From: Acidimicrobiia bacterium
GTDB lineage: Bacteria; Actinomycetota; Acidimicrobiia; Spongiisociales; Spongiisociaceae
NCBI GenBank assembly: GCA_965231815.1
Contig: OZ246890.1
Coordinates: forward strand, 1,799,469 to 1,863,468
Direction of reading: 5' to 3'
DNA length: 64,000 nt
The translations under genes were made by a program, and so were the position numbers. Shown here one piece after another: positions 1 to 10,250 of this stretch (positions within the stretch are counted from its first letter, which is position 1; every line of letters begins with the position of its first letter). The notes beneath the pieces were generated by a model. It worked only from the letters and a program-made list of their open reading frames with translations. It was not told the DNA's origin and searched no databases.

Positions 1-63
1 ATTCTCCGACGGGCGATCACCTCACGGAACTCCATGTCTACCGTCGGCTACCGGAAACGGGGA

Positions 64-1110
64 TCAGGCTTCGGCGACCGCCGCGGCGATGCGGTCCCCG
101 AGTTGCTCGGTAGTGGCGCCCATGTCCGGCCCGCCCATCGCCTTGATCGTGGGTAGGACGTTAGCCACCCCCTGCTCCACAATGGCTGCCGAGTCAGGCT
201 CACCCAGATGGGCCAGGCACATGGCGACCGTCAATACGGCCGCCACCGGGTTGGCCCATCCCCGCCCGGCGATGTCCGGCGCCGAACCGTGGACCGGTTC
301 GAATAGAGACGGGAACCGGCCGTCGGGGTTCAGGTTCCCGCTGGCAGCGAGACCCATACCTCCCTGGATGGCAGCGCCGAGGTCGGTGACGATATCTCCG
401 AAAAGGTTGTCGGTAACCACCACATCGAACCGTTCCGGCGAGGTAACCATGTACAGGCACATGGCATCTACATGCACGTAGTCGGTCGCGACCTGCGGGT
501 ATTGTTCGGCTAAGTCGTTGAGGGTCCGGTACCAGAGGTCCCCGGCGTAGGTGAGGACGTTTGTCTTGTGACAGAGTGTCAGGTGCCCTCGTCGTGCGGC
601 GGCCTGCTCGAATGCGAACCGGGTGACCCTTTCCACTCCGAGGCGGGTGTTGATCGACTCCTGCAGCGCAACCTCGTGGGGAGTACCCTTGCGGATGGTT
701 CCGCCCGAACCGGTGTAGGCCCCTTCGGTGTTCTCGCGGGCGATCAACATGTCACAATGCTCCGGTAGGAGTCCGGCGATGGGAGTGGGGACACCGGGTA
801 TCAGCTTTACCGGCCGCAGGTTCACGTAGAGGTCGAAGTCGAACCTGAGTTTAAGGAGCAGGCCGCGCTCCAAGATTCCCGGCGGAACATCAGGTGTGCC
901 GACGGCGCCCAGCAGGATGGCGTCGTGTTCAGCCAACTCGGCCTGGACAGCGGGTGGGAGCACCTCACCGGTCCGTAGATAACGAGTGCCACCCAGATCG
1001 TAATGGTTGGTCTCGACCGTGAATCCACCCCGGTCGGCGGCCGCCGCCAGGGCTTTCAGACCCTGGTCGGTGACCTCAGGGCCGATTCCGTCACCGCCGA
1101 TCACCGCCAT
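64..1110 (-). CDS. leuB: 3-isopropylmalate dehydrogenase
   Basis: N-terminal [12 protein letters not shown] motif and typical LeuB body; start placed at Met before AVIGG, ORF extends to 1140. Confidence 0.9.
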   Translation of the reverse strand: MAVIGGDGIGPEVTDQGLKALAAAADRGGFTVETNHYDLGGTRYLRTGEVLPPAVQAELAEHDAILLGAVGTPDVPPGILERGLLLKLRFDFDLYVNLRPVKLIPGVPTPIAGLLPEHCDMLIARENTEGAYTGSGGTIRKGTPHEVALQESINTRLGVERVTRFAFEQAAARRGHLTLCHKTNVLTYAGDLWYRTLNDLAEQYPQVATDYVHVDAMCLYMVTSPERFDVVVTDNLFGDIVTDLGAAIQGGMGLAASGNLNPDGRFPSLFEPVHGSAPDIAGRGWANPVAAVLTVAMCLAHLGEPDSAAIVEQGVANVLPTIKAMGGPDMGATTEQLGDRIAAAVAEA

Positions 1111-1123
1111 GCGGTAGCGCCGA

Positions 1124-2647
1124 TCAGCCATTGACAGCACTTACGGCGCGGTTGAGGGCTTCGACGAAAGCGTGACCAGAACCTTCGACCACGTCGGTGG
1201 ACACCCCCCGTCCGCTATGGGTGGATCCGCCAACCTGTACTACCACGTTTACCTCCGCCATGGCGTCGGCGCCGGCCGTTACCGGAACCACACGATAGTC
1301 CAGCAGGCTGACGTCAAGGCCGAAAGCCTGCTTGAGAGCGTCAAAAGTGGCGTCAACCATTCCGCCGCCGGTTCCGGTGAACTCCTCGGTCTTGTGGCTA
1401 TCGCCGCTCTCGATAGTGACCGTCGAGGTGGGCGTGGTGTGGCTTCCCCCGCTCACGCTTATGGAAACCATCCGTACCGAGCCATCGGCTTGTGCATACC
1501 CCTGGCTGATGATCGCTCGCAGTTCTCGTTCGTTTATCTCGATCTTCCGGTCGGCCACGTTCTTGAATCGCCGGAAGGCTGCCGCGAACTCCTCGTCCTC
1601 CAACACGATGCCCAGCTTGGAGAGCGCATCTGCGAACCCGGCCCGCCCGGAGTGTTTCCCCAGGACGATCTGGCTGGTTGCTCCGACCGAGATGGGATCG
1701 ATGATTTCGTATGTTTCCCGATCCCGCAGCACCCCGTGCTGATGGATGCCCGACTCGTGGGCGAAGGCGTTCCGACCGACCACCGCCTTATTGAATTGAA
1801 CCGGATAGCCCGTTAGGCGGGATACCAGCCTGCTGGTAGGGACGATCTCTTCCGTGTTGGCGTCGACATCAACCCCGAAGTGGTCCCTCCGGGTTCGGAC
1901 GGCCATGATTATCTCCTCGGTGGAGGTGTTGCCCGCTCGCTCTCCTATACCGTTGATGGCGCCTTCGATCTGGCGGGCGCCCGCGTGGATCGCGGAGAGG
2001 GAGTTGGCGACGGCCAGACCAAGGTCGTTATGGCAATGGGTGGAGACGATAACGTCATCCCTACCCCCTAAAACCTCGTCGTATACCCGGCGTAGCAACT
2101 CCACGTAGTCCTCAGGTGTGGCGAACCCGACAGTGTCTGGGATGTTGATGGTGGTGGCGCCCTCCCGTACCGCGGCATGGCAGCACGCGATCATGAAGTC
2201 AGGGTCGGATCGGGTGGCGTCCTGAGGTGAGAACTCCACGTCGTGGGTGTAGCCGCGAGCTCGACGGACTGACTCGATGATCGAGTTCATAACCTCTCGG
2301 GGGGTCATCCGCAGCATCCGTTCCATGTGGATGGGAGAGGTGCTCTGAAAGACATGGATCCTGTGCCGCTCCGCATGACGCACCGCGTCGTAGGCGCGGT
2401 CGATGTCGTCGGGGTGGCACCGGGCCAGGGAAGCGATTACCGGACCCTTCACCTTTTTCGCGATCTGGGAAACACCGTAGAAGTCACCGTCGGATGCGGC
2501 GGCGAAACCGGCTTCGATGATATCTACTCGGAGCTTGGCCAACTGACGGGCGATGACGAGTTTCTCATCCGGGGTCAGCGCGATTCCCGGCGCTTGTTCG
2601 CCATCGCGAAGGGTGGTGTCGAAGATGATCAGCTTGTCTTGTGGCAT
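1124..2647 (-). CDS. leuA: 2-isopropylmalate synthase / citramalate synthase family (short form)
   Basis: [11 protein letters not shown] and [13 protein letters not shown] motifs; start taken at [15 protein letters not shown] extends to 2710; LeuA versus CimA not resolved. Confidence 0.85.
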   Translation of the reverse strand: MPQDKLIIFDTTLRDGEQAPGIALTPDEKLVIARQLAKLRVDIIEAGFAAASDGDFYGVSQIAKKVKGPVIASLARCHPDDIDRAYDAVRHAERHRIHVFQSTSPIHMERMLRMTPREVMNSIIESVRRARGYTHDVEFSPQDATRSDPDFMIACCHAAVREGATTINIPDTVGFATPEDYVELLRRVYDEVLGGRDDVIVSTHCHNDLGLAVANSLSAIHAGARQIEGAINGIGERAGNTSTEEIIMAVRTRRDHFGVDVDANTEEIVPTSRLVSRLTGYPVQFNKAVVGRNAFAHESGIHQHGVLRDRETYEIIDPISVGATSQIVLGKHSGRAGFADALSKLGIVLEDEEFAAAFRRFKNVADRKIEINERELRAIISQGYAQADGSVRMVSISVSGGSHTTPTSTVTIESGDSHKTEEFTGTGGGMVDATFDALKQAFGLDVSLLDYRVVPVTAGADAMAEVNVVVQVGGSTHSGRGVSTDVVEGSGHAFVEALNRAVSAVNG

Positions 2648-2770
2648 GGGACTGCTCCGGTCTGCGTGTGGTCTGGAAGTCGGGCGGGATGGGGGAGGGT
2701 ACGCCTCCACAGCCCCTAACGGAGGCCGTGGAGGCCTGTTAGTGCCAGCAACTCGCGCAGAATCGGTCGA

Positions 2771-2886
2771 GGAGGGTGCTGAGAAACCCCGTACAAAGGG
2801 GTTCGCCGGCTAATCAAAGCACCCTGACCAGGTAGTTTCACCATACAGCCAACCCCGCTGGATTCGTTTTTCAGCATTCTCCTAGC
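2771..2886 (+). repeat. Interspersed repeat family A copy A1 (diverged, hybrid core)
   Basis: GGAGGGTGCTGAGAAACCCCGTACAAAGGGGTTC ... GTTTTTCAGCATTCTCCTAG with imperfect terminal inverted repeats; intergenic between ilvC and leuA. Confidence 0.7.
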
Positions 2887-2933
2887 AGAGGCGGAGAACC
2901 TGTGCCCTACCGCAGGCTTGGTGGAAGAAACCA

Positions 2934-3944
2934 TTAGCCGGGCGCCTTCGGAGTGAGGAACGGCATCAAGTCACGGAGCCGGGCGCCGACCTGCTCGATC
3001 TCATGGCTTCGTTCCCGTGCTCTGGTGTCGAGAAGCCGCGGAGCGCCTGCGCGGGCCTCGGTCATCCAGTTGCGAGCGAAAGTTCCGGACCGGATATCCT
3101 CCAGAACGTCCTTCATGACCTTGCGCGTCTCATCGGTAATGATACGGGGACCGGTGGAATAGTCTCCCCATTCGGCGGTGTCGGACACCGAATAGCGCAT
3201 CCACGTCAAGCCGCCCTCGTAGAGGAGGTCAACGATCAACTTCAACTCGTGAAGGGTCTCGAAGTAGGCGGACTCGGGTTGGTACCCGCCCTCGACCAGC
3301 GTCTCGTAAGACGCTTTGATCAACTCGGACAGACCACCGCACAGGATGACCTGCTCCCCGAACAGGTCGGTTTCGGTTTCTTCTTTGAAGGTGGTCTCCA
3401 GCACTCCGGCTCTGGCGCCGCCTATCGCCCATGCGTAGGAGAGGCCGAGTTCATGGCAGGCGCCGGATGAGTCTTGATGCACGGCTAGCAGGCACGGTAC
3501 GCCGGAACCTTCCGTGTAGGTGCGGCGCACTAGGTGTCCCGGACCTTTCGGGGCGACCATCAGAACGTCGAGATCTTTGTCGGGGCTGATCTCACCGAAG
3601 TGGATGTTGAACCCGTGGGCAAACATCAGGGCGTCGCCGTTTTGGAGGTGGGGGGCGATCTCCGCGTGGTATAGGTCGGCGGCGTGCTGGTCAGGTACCA
3701 GGACCATGACTACGTTCGCCCATTCGGAAACCTCCGCTACCGAGGCGACCGCGAGACCTTCGCCCTCGGCTTCCAACCGTCGCCGGGACGTCTCTCTGAG
3801 GCCGACCTTGACCTCCACGCCGGACTCCCGGAGGTTGAGAGCATGCGCATGGCCTTGGCTTCCGTACCCGATTACGGCCACCCGGCGGCTTGATATTACG
3901 GCCGGATCCGCATCGTGGTCGTAGTAGATGGAAGCCATGCTCAC
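2934..3944 (-). CDS. ilvC: Ketol-acid reductoisomerase
   Basis: [17 protein letters not shown] Rossmann motif and IlvC body. Confidence 0.9.
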   Translation of the reverse strand: MSMASIYYDHDADPAVISSRRVAVIGYGSQGHAHALNLRESGVEVKVGLRETSRRRLEAEGEGLAVASVAEVSEWANVVMVLVPDQHAADLYHAEIAPHLQNGDALMFAHGFNIHFGEISPDKDLDVLMVAPKGPGHLVRRTYTEGSGVPCLLAVHQDSSGACHELGLSYAWAIGGARAGVLETTFKEETETDLFGEQVILCGGLSELIKASYETLVEGGYQPESAYFETLHELKLIVDLLYEGGLTWMRYSVSDTAEWGDYSTGPRIITDETRKVMKDVLEDIRSGTFARNWMTEARAGAPRLLDTRARERSHEIEQVGARLRDLMPFLTPKAPG

Positions 3945-3996
3945 CTTTCCCTGGTAGTCGAGCGAATACGGACTATGGAAACCGACTCGGCGGGCG

Positions 3997-4500
3997 TCAT
4001 CCCACCGCTTTCAGTTTCCGGACTTTGGGTTCACGGCGGATCCCGATACGTCCTGACTTGACCAGTTCCATGATGCCGAACGGGCGTACCAGATCCAGGA
4101 AGTCGTTGAGTTTGGAGGGTTTGCCCGCCATCAGCAGCGTGATCGAGTTGACGGCCACATCGACCGGAGTGGCGTTGAAGATCGAGGCGAGATCTATCAC
4201 TTCCCCGCGGCGGCCGGGAGTGGCGTTGATCTTGACCAGCATGATCTCGCGCTCGATTGAGGTGGCGGGATCGAGTTCGGTTATCTTCACCACGTTGACC
4301 AGTTTGTGGAGTTGTTTCTTGACCTGTTCGAGTTCCGCGGCCATGACTACGATGGTCATCGTCGATAGGCCGGCATCAGCGGTCGGGCCGACTGCCAGGG
4401 AATGGATATTGAAACCCCTCCGTGCCAGCAGCGACGCGACCCGGGCGAGGACGCCGGGTTTATCCTCCACCAGCACGCTCAGCACCCGATGATCCCTCAT
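3997..4500 (-). CDS. ilvN: Acetolactate synthase small (regulatory) subunit
   Basis: ACT-domain N-terminus [16 protein letters not shown]; position between ilvB and ilvC. Confidence 0.85.
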   Translation of the reverse strand: MRDHRVLSVLVEDKPGVLARVASLLARRGFNIHSLAVGPTADAGLSTMTIVVMAAELEQVKKQLHKLVNVVKITELDPATSIEREIMLVKINATPGRRGEVIDLASIFNATPVDVAVNSITLLMAGKPSKLNDFLDLVRPFGIMELVKSGRIGIRREPKVRKLKAVG

Positions 4501-6197
4501 AGGTCTTCAGGTCCCGTTAGCACGACGTCGTTGGATCCTCCGGCGGGCACCATCGGGAATACCATCTCATCGCGATCCACCTCGAACTCCACGACCACCG
4601 ATCGGTCTTCGATCTCGAGCATCCGCTTGATCGTGTCGTCGACATCCTCGGGACGGTCGGCCCGCAGCCCCACGCATCCCATAGCTTCAGCAAGCTTGAC
4701 GTAATCAGGGAGGTGTCTGCCTAGGTCGGAGGATGAGAACCGTTCGTTGTAGAACAGGCGTTGCCATTGTCTGACCATGCCATGGGCGCTGTTGTTGAAT
4801 ACGGCTACCTTGATGGGGATCTTCTCTACCGAGGCGGTGATCAGCTCCTGAACGGTCATCTGGAAACACCCGTCACCGTCCACGGCTATCACCTGTTTAT
4901 CAGGTCTACCGGCCTTGGCGCCGATGGCTGCCGGGACTGCGAAGCCCATAGTGCCCAGACCTCCGGAGTTGATCCAGTGCCGAGGTTTGTCGAATCCCCA
5001 GTACTGCGAAGCCCACATCTGATGCTGGCCGACCCCCGAGACTACGATGGAATCCTTGTCGGCCAGTTCCCGCAGGCGGGTAAGCACGAACTGAGGTTTG
5101 ATCGGACCGTCCGGTTCCTGCTCGAACCGGAGAGGATGCGTGTCCTGCCATTCCCGGATGGTTCGCCACCATTTCCGTAGCCTTGGCTTCGGGGTATCAC
5201 CCCAGCGCTCGCAGAATGCTTCCAGTATGCGGCCCGCATCTCCTACGATCGGTACCTCCGGAGTACGCACCTTGCCTATTTCGGCCGGGTCTACGTCCCC
5301 GTGAATCACCTTGGCGAAAGGGGCGAAGGAGTTCGGATCGCCCGTGACCCGATCGTCGAAACGAACCCCGACCGCCACCAGCACGTCCGACTTTTGTATC
5401 GCTGTCGTTGCCGCGTATAGCCCGTGCATGCCGGGCATCCCGAGCGTATTCGGATGGCTGTCGGGAATGGCGCCTCTTCCCATCAGGGTGGTCACGACGG
5501 GCATATTGGTCATTTCGGCGAAGGCCAGGAGAGCAGCCGACGCGTTGGCCTTGATGATCCCACCCCCCACGTACAGGACGGGTTGCTCAGCGCCCTGGAT
5601 CATCCGGACGGCTTCTGCGATCCGGCGCGGATGCGGGTTGACGGTGGGGCGGTAACCGGGCATGGATACCGGACCGGGATCGCTCCACTGCAGGGAGGCG
5701 TTCAGTATGTCCTTCGGTAGGTCGACCAGGACGGGTCCGGGCCGCCCTGTCGAGGCGACATGAAACGCTTCGGCCAAGACCTGTGGAATCTCGTCGGGAT
5801 CGGAGACGAAGTAGTTGTGTTTGGTGGCCGGCATGGTGATACCGGTGGTGTACGCCTCCTGGAAAGCGTCATTTCCCACTGCGTTGGTCGGAACCTGTCC
5901 GGTGATAGCCACCATAGGAACCGAGTCCATCAGCGCATCGGCGAGTGGAGTCACGAGGTTGGTGGCGCCCGGCCCCGACGTGGCGATCGTCACCCCGACT
6001 TTGCCCGTTGCCCAAGCATATCCCTCCGCCATGTGTCCGGCACCCTGTTCGTGACGGGCCAGGATATGGCGAAAACCGGCCTCCAGCATCGGATCGTAGG
6101 CGGGCAGGATGGCGCCGCCGGGAATACCGAACGCTACCTCGACATCCAGGTATTCCAGAGCCTTGATCAGTGCTCCTGCACCGGTGATTGTGCTCAT
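4497..6197 (-). CDS. ilvB: Acetolactate synthase large subunit (TPP-dependent)
   Basis: 566-aa TPP enzyme with typical ALS N-terminus; 4-bp overlap with ilvN start. Confidence 0.9.
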   Translation of the reverse strand: MSTITGAGALIKALEYLDVEVAFGIPGGAILPAYDPMLEAGFRHILARHEQGAGHMAEGYAWATGKVGVTIATSGPGATNLVTPLADALMDSVPMVAITGQVPTNAVGNDAFQEAYTTGITMPATKHNYFVSDPDEIPQVLAEAFHVASTGRPGPVLVDLPKDILNASLQWSDPGPVSMPGYRPTVNPHPRRIAEAVRMIQGAEQPVLYVGGGIIKANASAALLAFAEMTNMPVVTTLMGRGAIPDSHPNTLGMPGMHGLYAATTAIQKSDVLVAVGVRFDDRVTGDPNSFAPFAKVIHGDVDPAEIGKVRTPEVPIVGDAGRILEAFCERWGDTPKPRLRKWWRTIREWQDTHPLRFEQEPDGPIKPQFVLTRLRELADKDSIVVSGVGQHQMWASQYWGFDKPRHWINSGGLGTMGFAVPAAIGAKAGRPDKQVIAVDGDGCFQMTVQELITASVEKIPIKVAVFNNSAHGMVRQWQRLFYNERFSSSDLGRHLPDYVKLAEAMGCVGLRADRPEDVDDTIKRMLEIEDRSVVVEFEVDRDEMVFPMVPAGGSNDVVLTGPEDL

Positions 6198-6248
6198 GGC
6201 AAGTTCCTTACGTGCTGGTTGCTGTGATCGGGACCTGGTTCGTCCTAG

Positions 6249-6341
6249 AAAAAAGCCCTCCGGTATGGAGGGCTTCTAGCGCACATGCCGCGGAGCGACG
6301 GTGCGCTACATAAGTACTAGAACGTGGCGGCCAACAGTCAT
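6249..6341 (-). promoter_or_regulatory. Candidate ilvB leader-peptide attenuator: 11-codon Val/Leu-rich leader ORF (6306-6341) plus GC hairpin and U6 terminator (6249-6273)
   Basis: On the minus strand, ATG ACT GTT GGC CGC CAC GTT CTA GTA CTT ATG TAG (MTVGRHVLVLM) is followed by GCCCTCC-ATACC-GGAGGGC and TTTTTT, ~50 nt upstream of the ilvB ATG. Confidence 0.45.
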
Positions 6342-6529
6342 GATTGGCGCGATTATGGAGGAAATGAGCCGAAATGTCAACCTGCTCGATTCCGTCAATG
6401 ACCAGCCGGGACGGCCATTCGGTCCGCTGCCGCCCTTAGAACGGGATCCCGACCCTGGGTCGGCTACGGGAATCTGCACAGCTTGGGCCGGTGTAGAACC
6501 ATCGAGCAGGATCGCTTTACGATAAGGCA

Positions 6530-7756
6530 ATGCAAACATGCAGGCGCGAAGACCTGACCCGAGTGGTCGACCTCGCGAGAAAGGTTCTGGCCGATCTGGA
6601 TCCCGACCAGGTTCCCGGCCGCCTGGCCGGAATTGTCGCACAAACCAGACCTGCGCTAGTGATACCGATGCAAAATCGATTGATTAACGAGGTTGACGGT
6701 AACGAGTGGCTTCGCAGGCGGATCGCAGAGGAGTTCGACGGGGGGGTAGATGCGGAAGACCCGCTGGAAAGAGCGGCATATCTGTTTCTCCACCGGCCCG
6801 ATGGTTGGTCGGATGACCTACGAGAGATATCCCAACGTTCACAGCTGGCGGAGCAAGCCACCCGCATCGAAGAGATGGCCAATTGCATCAACGACCTGAA
6901 GACGGAGCTGGAAGATTGGCGGAACCAAGCCAAGCGCAACCGGAAGCTGGCTAACGAGGCGGCTGCCGAGGCTGAGGCCAATCGTCGGGTGGCGGCCGCC
7001 CGGGCCGAAGCTCTCCGGCGTCAGGATGAGGGAAGTATCACGGCGCTGCGACGGGATAATAGGGTTCTCCGGGGAGACCTGGAAGCGTCGAGAACCGAGC
7101 AACTCGCGCTACGAGGTCGTCTGGATGAGGTCCGGGCTGAGCTTCAGCGAGAACGGCGAGCACCGCGATTGATCGATCGTCCGGCGGCGCCCAGTGCATG
7201 GGCGAGTTTGGATCTCGTCGACTCTGCGCGCTTCCTCGACGATATGGTGGAATCGTTTTCACCGGAGTCGTCCTTTAGCGAAACGACCGGGTCTGTTGAA
7301 GAACCGCTCGATCTCCCATCGGGGGTCTCCCCCGATGACCGCTCTGCGATCGAATGGCTGCTGACCATCGAACGTGATTTCGTGCTGCTGGTGGACGGCT
7401 ACAACGTAGGCTATCACCTGGATAACTCACGGTTCAGCTCACCTGATATCCGCCGACGGCTGGAGAACGACATAGCCAGGTTCAAGAACCTCGCGCGGGG
7501 AAGGCCCCGGGTGGTTCTCGTTTATGACTCCGATCAGACCGGTGTGACGACGCGCGATCCCGGGCCGTCAGGTATCGAGATTCGGTTTACACATACCGGC
7601 CATAGCGCCGACGACGAGATCCTGGCGGAGGCTGCGGACCTGGGTACGGCTGCGGTGGTGGTCTCGACCGATCGTCGGGTGCGGGAGGGTGCGGAGGAGT
7701 TCGGTTCTCTCGGGTTATGGAGTGAGTCCATGGCCGAGTGGATCCGCAACTCCTGA
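6530..7756 (+). CDS. NYN/YacP-like PIN-fold nuclease-domain protein with central coiled coil
   Basis: C-terminal LLVDGYNVG ... VVLVYD ... ADDEILAEA ... VVVSTDRRVRE matches the YacP/NYN pattern; Arg/Glu-rich coiled-coil middle. Confidence 0.6.
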   Translation: MQTCRREDLTRVVDLARKVLADLDPDQVPGRLAGIVAQTRPALVIPMQNRLINEVDGNEWLRRRIAEEFDGGVDAEDPLERAAYLFLHRPDGWSDDLREISQRSQLAEQATRIEEMANCINDLKTELEDWRNQAKRNRKLANEAAAEAEANRRVAAARAEALRRQDEGSITALRRDNRVLRGDLEASRTEQLALRGRLDEVRAELQRERRAPRLIDRPAAPSAWASLDLVDSARFLDDMVESFSPESSFSETTGSVEEPLDLPSGVSPDDRSAIEWLLTIERDFVLLVDGYNVGYHLDNSRFSSPDIRRRLENDIARFKNLARGRPRVVLVYDSDQTGVTTRDPGPSGIEIRFTHTGHSADDEILAEAADLGTAAVVVSTDRRVREGAEEFGSLGLWSESMAEWIRNS

Positions 7757-7820
7757 ACGTCAGGACCCATTCCGGGTCACCAGGGCATATTCGGGTAGAC
7801 GGGTAACGTCAGAGTGACTC

Positions 7821-8042
7821 TTACCCCCTAAAATACCGGTCTAGAAGGTTGACGAGCAACGTGATGACAACGCTCACAATCACCATTGATGTGATGGGAA
7901 CGAATACCGCCGACCGCTCTCCGACCCGGCGGATATCACCCGGAAGGTTGCCGAACCACGACAGCAAACCGAATCGGGTCGCCAAACCGACCAGAATAGC
8001 CACCGCGCCCGCCAGGATAAGTAGGTTGCTCAGTTGCCTCAA
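7821..8042 (-). CDS. Small membrane protein, DUF2905-like
   Basis: 73 aa, two TM helices flanking an LPGDIRR motif. Confidence 0.5.
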   Translation of the reverse strand: MRQLSNLLILAGAVAILVGLATRFGLLSWFGNLPGDIRRVGERSAVFVPITSMVIVSVVITLLVNLLDRYFRG

Positions 8043-8058
8043 TGGATCCCCCTGATGT

Positions 8059-9741
8059 TCAGCCGTCTGTCACGCATCCCAAGCTGGCTGATGACACGGT
8101 TCGGACGTACTTGGCGAGGGTTCCTCTCGTAGCCTTCGACGGGGGCGCCGTCCAGGCTGATCGCCTTCCGGCGAGTTCGGCGTCCGGTACGTGGAGGGTG
8201 ATGGTGCGGGCTGTGGCGTCGATCGAGATCCGGTCGCCCTGCTCTACCAGTGCCAGCGGGCCACCTTCCTGAGCTTCGGGGCTCACATGTCCCATGATGA
8301 ATCCATGGGACCCGCCGGAGAACCGGCCATCCGTGATCAGGGCGACGTCTTGGCCCAGTCCGGCGCCCATGATGGCCGAGGTGGGGGTGAGCATCTCCGG
8401 CATTCCCGGACCACCTTTGGGGCCCTCGTAGCGGATCAGGATCACTGAGCCGGGGGTGATCTCGCCCCGCTCGAGTGCTTCCAGCATGTCCTCCTCGCTG
8501 TCGTAGGGCAGGGCGACGCCGCTGAAGGACAGACCTTCCTTGCCGGTGATCTTGGCTACGGCGCCCTCGGGGGCGAGGTTCCCGCGGAGTATCTGGATGT
8601 GCCCTGAATCCTTGATCGGGCTATCCCAATCGGCGACCACCTGCTGACCCTCGGAGAGTGCAGGTAGGTCGGAAAGATTCTCGCGCAAGGTCCGTCCGGT
8701 GACGGTCATGCAGTCACCGTCAATGGCGCCCCGCTCCAGGAGCATGCGGAGCACCGCAGGCGTACCTCCCACCGTGTGAAGATCGGCCATTACATACTTC
8801 CCGGAGGGCTTGAGGTCGGCCAGGTAGGGAGTGCGGTCGCTGACAGCTTGGAAGTCCTCGATGTGTAGCTCCACACCGGCGGAGTGCGCCATGGCAATCA
8901 GGTGCAGGACCGCATTGGTGGAGCCGCCTAGGACCATGGTGACCGTCATGGCGTTCTCGAAAGCGGCTCGGGTCATGATGTCGCTCGGCTTGATGTCCTC
9001 CTCCATTAGCCGCCGCACCGCCGCTCCGGCCGCCAGACATTCGGCTGCCTTGCCGTCATCGAGCGCAGGCGTGGAGGAACTGTAGGGAAGGGACATGCCC
9101 AGTGTCTCGATCGCTACCGCCATCGTGTTGGCGGTGTACATCCCTCCGCAAGCGCCGGCCCCCGGGCACGCATTGCGGACGATATCGAGGCGGTCCGCCT
9201 CGTCTAGTCGTCCGGCGATGTATTCACCGTACGACTGGAAGGCCGAAACTATGTCGATCGGATTACCGTGACGGTCGGTTCCGGGCTGAATGGTTCCACC
9301 GTAGATCATCACCGACGGCCGGTTCAATCGGGACATCGCCATCACCGCTCCGGGCATGTTCTTGTCACAGCCCGGAATGGAGATGTTGGCGTCATACCAC
9401 TGGGCGCTCATTACCGTCTCGATCGAATCCGCGATCAGATCCCGTGACTGGAGCGAGTAGGACATGCCTTCGGTCCCCATCGACATGCCATCGGAGACCC
9501 CGATGGTATTGAAGCGCATGCCTACCAGCCCGGCCCGGGTAACCCCTTCCTTGACCAGGGAAGCCAGATGGTCGAGGTGCATGTTGCAGCTGTTCCCCTC
9601 GTACCACATGGAAGCGATTCCCACCTGGGCTTTGGACATGTCCTCCGTGGTGAGGCCGGATGCGTAAAGCATCGCTTGGGATCCGCCCTGCGATCTTTCC
9701 TGAGTTATACGTCTGCTGATGAGGTTGATGGGTTGTGGCAT
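8059..9741 (-). CDS. ilvD: Dihydroxy-acid dehydratase
   Basis: IlvD/EDD family N-terminus and full-length body. Confidence 0.9.
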   Translation of the reverse strand: MPQPINLISRRITQERSQGGSQAMLYASGLTTEDMSKAQVGIASMWYEGNSCNMHLDHLASLVKEGVTRAGLVGMRFNTIGVSDGMSMGTEGMSYSLQSRDLIADSIETVMSAQWYDANISIPGCDKNMPGAVMAMSRLNRPSVMIYGGTIQPGTDRHGNPIDIVSAFQSYGEYIAGRLDEADRLDIVRNACPGAGACGGMYTANTMAVAIETLGMSLPYSSSTPALDDGKAAECLAAGAAVRRLMEEDIKPSDIMTRAAFENAMTVTMVLGGSTNAVLHLIAMAHSAGVELHIEDFQAVSDRTPYLADLKPSGKYVMADLHTVGGTPAVLRMLLERGAIDGDCMTVTGRTLRENLSDLPALSEGQQVVADWDSPIKDSGHIQILRGNLAPEGAVAKITGKEGLSFSGVALPYDSEEDMLEALERGEITPGSVILIRYEGPKGGPGMPEMLTPTSAIMGAGLGQDVALITDGRFSGGSHGFIMGHVSPEAQEGGPLALVEQGDRISIDATARTITLHVPDAELAGRRSAWTAPPSKATRGTLAKYVRTVSSASLGCVTDG

Positions 9742-9754
9742 GCTCCGATCTTAG

Positions 9755-9962
9755 CCCCGATTATTCATGGATGGAGGTTTGGGGGATGAGTGGAGTAGAA
9801 CCATATTCGCACCCTGACCAGGCAATACAGCTATCGGAGTTCCCCATTCGGGTCCGGTGTAGAGATTCACCTGTCGGGTGAACGGCGGGTTTCTCCTGAT
9901 ACTCGGGTTGAACAGGCGCTACATGCCTCGGTGTGTGGGAAACCTGAATAATCAGGGCTAGA
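9755..9962 (+). repeat. Interspersed repeat family B copy B1
   Basis: CCCCGATTATTCATGGATGGAGG ... GGTGTGTGGGAAACCTGAATAATCAGGGCTAG; near-identical copies at 43626 and 44975 and a reverse copy at 54099. Confidence 0.7.
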
Positions 9963-10250
9963 GCGTGCGGGGAATGGTCGGGACTGTCGCCCCGACCGTG
10001 TCGAGTAACGGCTCGGGAGAGTCTTCGGGCGGGCCGGAGTTCCCGACGGGTTACTCTGCTGGGGATGTGTACCGCACACCTGGATCGTTTTCGCTACTCC
10101 TGCCGGGGTTGTGGATGCGTGCCTATATGGTGACGTCGGTGAGAGCCGGATTCCTCCTTCAGCCCGACGTTCCTCATCCCTCATCGATCCGTCTGAAGTC
10201 TGTAGTGCCCGGGGCTAGCCTTTCCTCTGACCTTTGAGCTTTGTGAGATT

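Noticed and set aside
6355-6525. Small plus-strand ORF with a good SD (GGAGG-N5-ATG, MSRNVNLLDS...) ending 4 nt before the NYN-domain gene
   Set aside because: No similarity or motif recognised. It could be an upstream ORF, but support is too weak to call.
6306-6641. 111-aa minus-strand ORF overlapping the start of the NYN-domain gene
   Set aside because: No recognisable domain and it overlaps a better-supported plus-strand gene. Only its last 11 codons (MTVGRHVLVLM) were kept, as the candidate ilvB leader peptide.
9781-9876. Short ORF (MSGVEPYSHPDQ...) with GGAGG-ATG start inside repeat B copies
   Set aside because: Indels between copies shift the frame (B2 gives an unrelated peptide), so coding capacity is not conserved. 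Treated as part of a non-coding repeat.
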